Assembly (NCBI GenBank): GCA_039096225.1
Contig: JBBPEB010000034.1
Coordinates: 868,001-932,000 of the forward strand
DNA from: Blastocystis sp. Blastoise
Taxonomy: Eukaryota; Protista; Bigyra: Opalinata
Length of the DNA: 64,000 nt
Direction of reading: 5' to 3'
Made by a program: the position numbers and the translations under genes. How positions within the stretch are numbered: the first letter of the stretch is position 1; the number at the start of each line of letters is the position of its first letter. The notes under the pieces are model-generated. The model was not told the DNA's origin, did no database searches, and saw only the letters and a list, made by a program, of their open reading frames with translations. Positions 55,846 through 64,000 of this stretch are shown piece after piece.

Positions 55846-57203
55846 AACAGGGTTCTAACTGATACAAACAACTGAAAACTAAAAAAAAGTGAACGATTAG
55901 TGAAGAAAGTGAGAATCAACATATACTAATAACTATTTGAGATCTAAATAGAATATATAGAGATTGTGTGCTTTTTTTTATAAAAATTATGAAATATATT
56001 GAAAGTAAAATTCAATGAAAAACCAAGTTGCTGAACTGTTTCTTTAATAAAAAAATGTTTTTAAAAAGTGAATGGAAAGAATAATCATATAATTGGCTAT
56101 TCAAAGAAGATTAACCAATAAATTTAATATTCAAATAGGCGGTAAAAGGAATTTCAAAAAAAATGGTTTTTGTTTTGCTTAATATTATTCAGTCATTGTT
56201 TCAGAATCATCATTGGCTTGTATTTTAGGGTTTTATTTATGTATAGAATGAATAGGGGTAGATTGTAGACAATGATATGTGAAATTATGAGCATATCTCA
56301 ACTCATTGTAGAGCATATAATTCTATTATTTTCTTTGTTTTATGATATAATCTTTCTTGGAATGCATTAAGTAGTTTGGAAAATATATTAATTATTTTTT
56401 AAAGGGTTTCTTAAGTGATTTGTTTTGTGATTCAAGTCATGAAAGCGTCTAGTAATAATGAAAAACCATTGTCTTGCTATCATAAGAATAAAACAATATA
56501 TTATATGGTATGAATATTTGTTATAAAGATCAAGTAGAGTGAAAATTCTTCTAAAACAGCTATGATATTAATAGAAACACTTATTCAGAGCTGTGCAATG
56601 AGAAAACATTTGCTATAAAATAATATACAGACATTTTTTAGTTGAATAATTTGATTGTACTTCTTTAAAAATGAAATATATTCTATGAATGCAACACCCC
56701 ATTTGTTTCTTATGAATTTCATTCGCTATTTGTAAAACAGATGTCGATTAAACATAAGAAATGATTAAAATACTAAAACCATATGAATTCTCTTTTTTCC
56801 AGTAACATTTTATTTATAATCGTGATTATAACAAAAGGTGTTATTCGTTATAATGATTTATATATAAGGCATATGATGCTAATATTGATGATATTAAGAT
56901 TCAGAGACATAGTTAGACGCATATTGGAATATTCTAATAGGCTAATTAGGAATAATAAGCTACTACATGTCGCTAATACTTAAAATAAAACTCAATACAG
57001 CTAGAATAGAGTTCTTCGAAACAGGTTCGACAACCAACTAACGGAAATAAGCCAAGAATCCACATATAATTGAAATGATATTTTTTCATCAAAACTGTTT
57101 TTTTCACGATAATTTATTTTTTTTGACTGAGAAATCTTTTTATAAAGGATTCCCTGAATAGCAAATAACAAAATTTCTATTTGTGTTTTCTATTTAAAGA
57201 GCA

Positions 57204-60200
57204 ATGGTATACTCTAATTGGCATATATTTTTGTTTAATATGTCTATAGGAAAGGGCTTTAGAAGAAAATGAGTTCACTCAGTTCCAAAAAAATATGGGA
57301 TTGGAGTTTCTTACTGGAGATACGCGAGATGAGATTAAGTTCTCAGATTTAGTTGCCTTAGAATCGGATATTTTTCCATGCAGTGTATCTAAAGGAATTA
57401 GGCTAGATAGTGTATGTTATTTGCTTTTTATTAATGACATATTGATTCTAATGTTATGTAGCTAAGAGAAGAAGTTGAAAAGTGCCAATTTAAAATATAT
57501 AGTACTCGTTCTGTTACTAAACCATTGAATACGTTACCTGATTCTGTTGACGAAAACTTAGAAGCTCAAAAGGCTATGTCTAAATTACTTTGGGATCAAG
57601 TCACTGTTGTTAATGTATGAAAAATTTCGGAATAAATGTAATTGCTATATAGGAAACGATGATTGCTGTTCGAAATATGAATAAAGAAATAATTGAGATT
57701 TTAAATACTTGTAACAAAAGAGGAGAAGATGATCCTGTATATAAATTTATATTTATAGTTATATTTTATATGAATATTTATATATATATTTTTATTTATA
57801 TTTATATTGTATATAATTTAGGTTATTCCTGATAATGTGAAAGTTTCTTTAATTAAAGCTCTCGATTCTATTATTGTTCTCGATATTATTAAGGTATATA
57901 TATATATATATAATGTTAGTTATTATTATTAATTATATATATGAATCTTTGTGGAATTATATAAAGTTTTTATAATAGTATTATTTTATGTGATTGATAT
58001 TTTTTTAGTTACATAAATAACTATGCATTATTTGAAGTATTCGTTTATTCAATTTATATACATATATATAGGATAACAAGCCTTCTTTCTTTGATTGTAT
58101 TATGTATTGTAAGCGTATTAATGAAGATATATTGAAATCTGTAGGAGGTGATGGATATAAGAAAATACTAGCTTCTTGCTATAATATACTGAATAAACCT
58201 TTTTATTTTATTCAACAATTTAAAGTATATTTATTAAATTTTTTAAAATTTTTATTTATATTTTTCTACATTTTAATGAAAAAAATTATTACAATAGTTA
58301 TTTGAGTGCTATTCTTTTAATTATTATAATAATGTTTATTATTATTCTATGTATATAGACTGAAACAGATTATCTTCAAGGAAAAGAATTTTATGTTGAT
58401 CTTATTAAATACGTAAATATATATTATTATATATAACTATATATTTAGTGTATTTATATGGTAAATAATAACATTCAATTATATCCTAATGATTATTTCA
58501 TTTACTTGCGATCTCTTACTACATTCGCATTTATTATTGGTATATATATTTATTATTATTATATATGTAATTAGTAATACATTTTTTATAAATATTTACA
58601 TTCATATATTTAATTGCTAATATATATAATATATATAAATATATTTATAGATAAATATGGTGATAATGATAATGTGTTTAAACATAAACGAATTGACCAA
58701 TCAGGTTTGGCTAAATTGTACAGAAATTATCCTTTTATTCCTATATTTGCAGATGTATATATGAATGTTTATCAAGTATTAATTCTTTGCCCTAATTTTG
58801 ATCGAAATAATAAACTATATGCAATTAAAGAAGGTATATTGATGCTTATATTAATAGTTATATATGTTTTTATCATTATATATATAATAATAATAATTAT
58901 AATAGTATTAATAATAATATATATATATAGATCGTACAATATTAAGATATAATTTAGAGAATTCTATGGAAAAGATTAATAATGAATTTAATCAATTTAT
59001 TACTTCATTCACTTTTTTACTCCCCCAATTAAAGGCCAGTTCCACGGTTCCTCCCGCCTTACAGTCGCAAGCCCTTGATTTAGCTATTAAAGGATTTCGA
59101 TTATTAAGAACATGCAATATTGCTGTCAAAATGCAAGTATATATATATATATATGATTATTTGATTCTTTGATTGAACTACGTTTATTATTATTTCATGT
59201 TTTTATCATTATTATATACTAGTTATTATTATTATTACTCTATATATTTTTAATATATATATATTTTTATATAATTATATATATGTATATATTGAATAAT
59301 TTTTTAAGTATTTAGATAACTATCTAACTTTATATTTATATAATGTTACCTATATATGTATTATTATTTATAGTATGTTTGGAAATTAAGTCACCCTTGT
59401 CAATTATTCCCTTGTGCTATTTGTAGAAAATATTTGCCCGCTCTTCGTTTTGATCCCTCTCAAATGGCGCTATTACAACAAAATAAATATGGTATTTTTT
59501 ATCATTATATATATTTTATTATATATATATATTCTCTTTTTTATATAGTTTTAGTATTTAATTCTCATTTTTTATATAATAATTATTATATATTGATTGT
59601 TGCTGTGTTTCTTTAAACTATTCTATATATTATATATATTAATATAAATTAGTTATATTATACTATATCTTACATATAATTTTATTCTATTATATTTTAA
59701 TTCTATTATATATAGCTAGATGCTTAGATTGCATTAAAAATCCGACGGCAATCGCTAAAGAAATGACACCTACTATTCAAGACTCTAAAGTGTATATATA
59801 TATATGTATATAATAATAATAATAATAATAATTATTATTATTATTATTTATTTTATTTATATTCACGATTATAATATATATGCTTTTAGTTATCATATTT
59901 AATATCTATATACATTCATTTTATCATAAATATATATAGTTATTCCAGTTGTTTACAATATAATTTGAATAAAGAAGAACGAAAACAATTATTAAATATT
60001 TGTGTTTTAATTAAAAACATTTCCTTAGAACTGAAAAAAGCTGAAGCTGTCTTATGTAGTATTATTCGAAAAGAAATTTATTTAAGAATTCAGTTCTTCG
60101 TTAAGAATGATCTTTTATACTGGCTCCATCACGTGGAGAAATTAGGTCGAAAGAAAACGTATTGGTTAATGGATATATTATTAAAGGTATATATATAGTT

Positions 60201-60812
60201 TTATATTATTCATAGTGATTATGTTTTTTTTTGTTAAATATATTTTATGTATTTTTCTATATTCATTATTATATATATATATATATATATATATAGTTAC
60301 GTGAATGTATAGCTGATTGGAATGATGGCAAACACCCTGATCCGTCCCACGATTATTTATTAAAATCAAAGGATAGATCTACAATTAATTATGATTATTT
60401 ACCACGTACTGCTACTCCTTCTGTTTCTCAAGTATATCTATATTTATTGTTATTTAATAACTATTATATATATATATAGTTATTATTATATTCTTCATTA
60501 TTATCTGCTCTTATCGACGAACAATCTCCCGCGCTTAAAAAGACCGGGATTATGAAAACAGCTATGTTTAGTCAACAAGATATTGATGTATATATTAAAT
60601 AGTTATATTAAATAATAATAATATATATATAGAAAATTAATAATTGCTATTTGGCGGTATTTACATATATGCCTCTTCTTGATTGGACAAATACTATTAA
60701 GTATATATAGTTATTATCTTTTATATTTTATTATTATTATTATTATTATTAATATTATTATTATTATTATTATTAGATATATTATTATTATTATTATTAT
60801 TTTTATTAGATA

Positions 60813-60849
<37 letters not shown>

Positions 60850-61601
60850 TATAGTGAAATAAGTAATATTGGTGAATATTGGTTTCGTGAGTTTTATTTA
60901 GAATCTATATCTATACCTCAACTTCCTTATAAGCTTTCTTTTCCTTATTTATTATTACATACATTAACACAAAAACCTTTAGAAAATATGTTAGAAGATA
61001 TCCATGCTATTGCTAGTATATATAATGATAGTGGAGTTGTTACTTTAAAGAAATTAAATAATAAATATTTATATGAAGAAATTGAAATGGAAACTACTTT
61101 AGTATTAGATGAAGTTATTAAAAAAATTAGTGAAGCTATGTATATATATATATATTTATTATTTATTTGTTTGTAATAAATAATAGTTAATTATTATATA
61201 TATATTAATATATAATATTATTTATAGAATTTATATACTGATTGTTATTATATATTATTATGGATATACATATATTTATAATAAACTATAAAATTCATAT
61301 TATTATAATATATATATATATAGTTATTCTTATTGTAAGAATTTAGGTAGTATTGAATGTATTAATAGAATTTCGATTGATCCACAAGATATACCTAAAA
61401 TATATAAACCTGAAAAAACTATTTCTGTATTTATATATATATATAATCGTTATAAATGATATATATATTGATTATTTATAATATAATCCAATTATATATA
61501 TATATATGTATATATATATAGCATTCATTTATTCATTCTCATCTCGATGTTTTAGGTCGTTCTATTAATTTAAATACACTTATTCGAAATAAAATGAATA
61601 C

Positions 61602-61649
<48 letters not shown>

Positions 61650-63255
61650 AATAGCTTAGCGTTAATTCTTTTATTATATATATTTTTACTTATGTTCTAC
61701 TATTTCTAATACTATAAATATTATTATTATTATATATATATAGTGTACGTCAAGATATTCAAGCAGTATTTGATCAATTACAGGCCAGTTCAATTTGTGA
61801 TGTTTATAATGCTGATCAAGTTATTACTATTATTAAGAATACTCATAGGCATATTATAGAATATATTGATATTGATTCTTTTGATATTATTTATAATGAA
61901 ATATTCCATTGTTCTTCTTCTATGTCTTTTAAGTATATATATATATATATGATTTAGATATAGTATTATAATAGTATTCTTATATCTCATATTATTGTTA
62001 TATATATATATATATATATAGTTCTACATTATCTTCATATTTCTATAATGAATGTGTATCTATAATGAATGATTATGTTTATTATCTGGATCAACAATGT
62101 TTCTTATCCTTAAAATCAAATGATAATAATATTCAATTAAAATATGTATATAAATATATATAAAAATATAGTTTATCAATTTTTACAAATTTATTATATA
62201 TATATAGGATAAAACATTATTATATGGTAATAATACTGTAAAGAAATATTTAAATAATTCAGATTACACAGCGTGCGTCACTCAGTCTCACGTGCAAAGT
62301 ATCCTTCATTTGTGTACATCCAATCAAATCATTTATATTATCTGTCAAATCGTTGATTATATGGTTGAACAAATGAAAAGAGTTAATATACTTATGAAAG
62401 AAATATATGCTACTTGCCCATCATCTATAGATACTACAAATGTATATATATATATATATATAATAAGAATAATAATTTATATTAGTATAAATATTTTGGA
62501 TATATTATAATTTCATTATTTTAAGTTATAATAATTATATATATAAATATTATATTTTTTTATTTTTAAATATCATATATATTTATATATATATATTTCT
62601 ATGTATAGATTTCTCATATATATCAATCGTTTACTGAGTCTATTCATACAATTGATAAGATTAAATATAGAGATATATCTTTATGCTTTAAAGCTATAGG
62701 GAATGGATCTATTCTTCTTAATATGTTCCAAATATCTTTAAATCAACAAGATATTATGATCTTTAATGAAGTATATATCTATATATATATATAATAAACA
62801 TTGCTTATTATATTTATATTCTTTTTTTTATTTTTCTAAAATAAAATTATTCATTTCTCTATTTATTTTAATTACCGTATTATTTATATCTAAATAATAA
62901 TTATTAAACATTATATATATATATATAGATATCTCCTCTTCTTGTTTCTTCTAACGGAAATACTCTTGTAGAACAATATTTGAAATCAATTGTTAATTTT
63001 AAATATAAAAATCCCTCACTCCCACTTATTATTGCCGCTAATTCTCAAAATATTCGTAAACCAATTGATTTATATAAATCTAAAAAAGATACTCATATTT
63101 TATTATCTCCTATATATCAATATATATATGAACAAATATTGAAATATATACCAGAATGGATTAATATGAATGCTGAAAATGGCTTAGTCGATAATTCAGT
63201 TAAATCCTTAGAATTCTGGAGACTTTGGGATATATATACATTCTGTTTCTCTGAT

Positions 63256-63291
<36 letters not shown>

Positions 63292-64000
63292 GATTTATTA
63301 TCCTTTAATTTTATATTTATTAATTTTAAAACATTTTTTTTAAATAAAATTTTAGAAATATATATATATAGTTATTATTTGCTTCTTTATTTATTTATCT
63401 TTATATATATAGTCTTTTGGAGAAGGTATATCTCAAGAGAATCAGTATATATATGGAAGTGGTGTATTTATAGGAGGAGTATTATTATTATCTATATGCA
63501 GACAATGGAATAGATTTAAATTATATTCATTCTGTAATCAAGTATATATATATATATTAATATGTTTATTCTAATGTTTATTCTAATGTTTATTCTACTA
63601 TTTATTATGATTATAATAAAAATAATATTAGTTTGTAATTCATAAGTAGTTATATCTATTCAATTCTATTATAATTAATTATATATATATAACAATATAT
63701 ATATATAGATTAATAATGATGGTAATATTCAAATGGCTGTTAATGGTTATAATCTTGTATATATATATATTATTAAATAATTCTTTTCTATTTCTTATGT
63801 ATTTAATATAACCCTTTATATATATAACTCTTTATATATAATTGTTTATAACCCTTTATATATACCTATCTATATATATAGAGTGATGGATTACGTGCAT
63901 TTATTGCTCATATAAATGATTATATATCTGTAATGACTACAATTCGAAGTAGTTCTTATATATATGATGGCTTCTTACCTTGTCGCTCTAGTCAAATCTA
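57204..64000 (+). CDS. CYFIP: CYFIP/Sra1/PIR121 (WAVE regulatory complex subunit), divergent; 3' end outside window
   Basis: WFREFYLE..PQLP..SFPY; IYNDSG..LYEEIEMET; HLDVLGRSINLNTLI; GNGSILL; NGLVD..EFWRLW; YGSG..GG match CYFIP motifs. First exon is ATG only (57204-57206). Confidence 0.85.

Noticed and set aside
56990-57070. GGTTCGAC B-box-like sequence as a possible tRNA/ncRNA, and a 30-codon minus-strand ORF
   Set aside because: No cloverleaf, A-box or recognisable product could be built.

Overview
Extremely AT-rich, intron-dense eukaryotic (protist-type) nuclear DNA in the standard genetic code. Most ORF-track hits made of I/Y/L/N runs are artefacts of intronic (TA)n/(TTA)n microsatellites. 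By hand-splicing GT-AG introns I reconstruct about 13 host genes: mRNA cap N7-methyltransferase (3' part), an unknown protein, TONSOKU-like TPR+LRR, a Patched/NPC1-family transporter, an ~80-aa ELM2-motif microprotein, a secreted GH31 glycosidase, threonyl-tRNA synthetase, AFG1/LACE1 ATPase, HDHD2/LHPP-like HAD, NAD kinase, a securin-like candidate, a cyclin and CYFIP/Sra1 (5' part). There is one tRNA gene and two complete, apparently intact DNA transposons with visible TIRs and target-site duplications: CACTA/CMC at 20485-29414 (3-bp TSD) and Mutator/MULE at 38109-44865 (9-bp TSD). The most notable oddities are a eukaryote-type tRNA-Val with a G34 (GAC) anticodon, introns bounded by (TA)n tracts instead of polypyrimidine tracts (one intron is purely G(TA)32G), and a CACTA element carrying an unknown second gene head-to-head with its transposase. 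The organism cannot be identified from the sequence alone; a low-GC protist such as a Blastocystis-like stramenopile is only a guess. All coordinates were counted by eye and may be off by a few bases. Family calls are from recalled motifs, not database searches.
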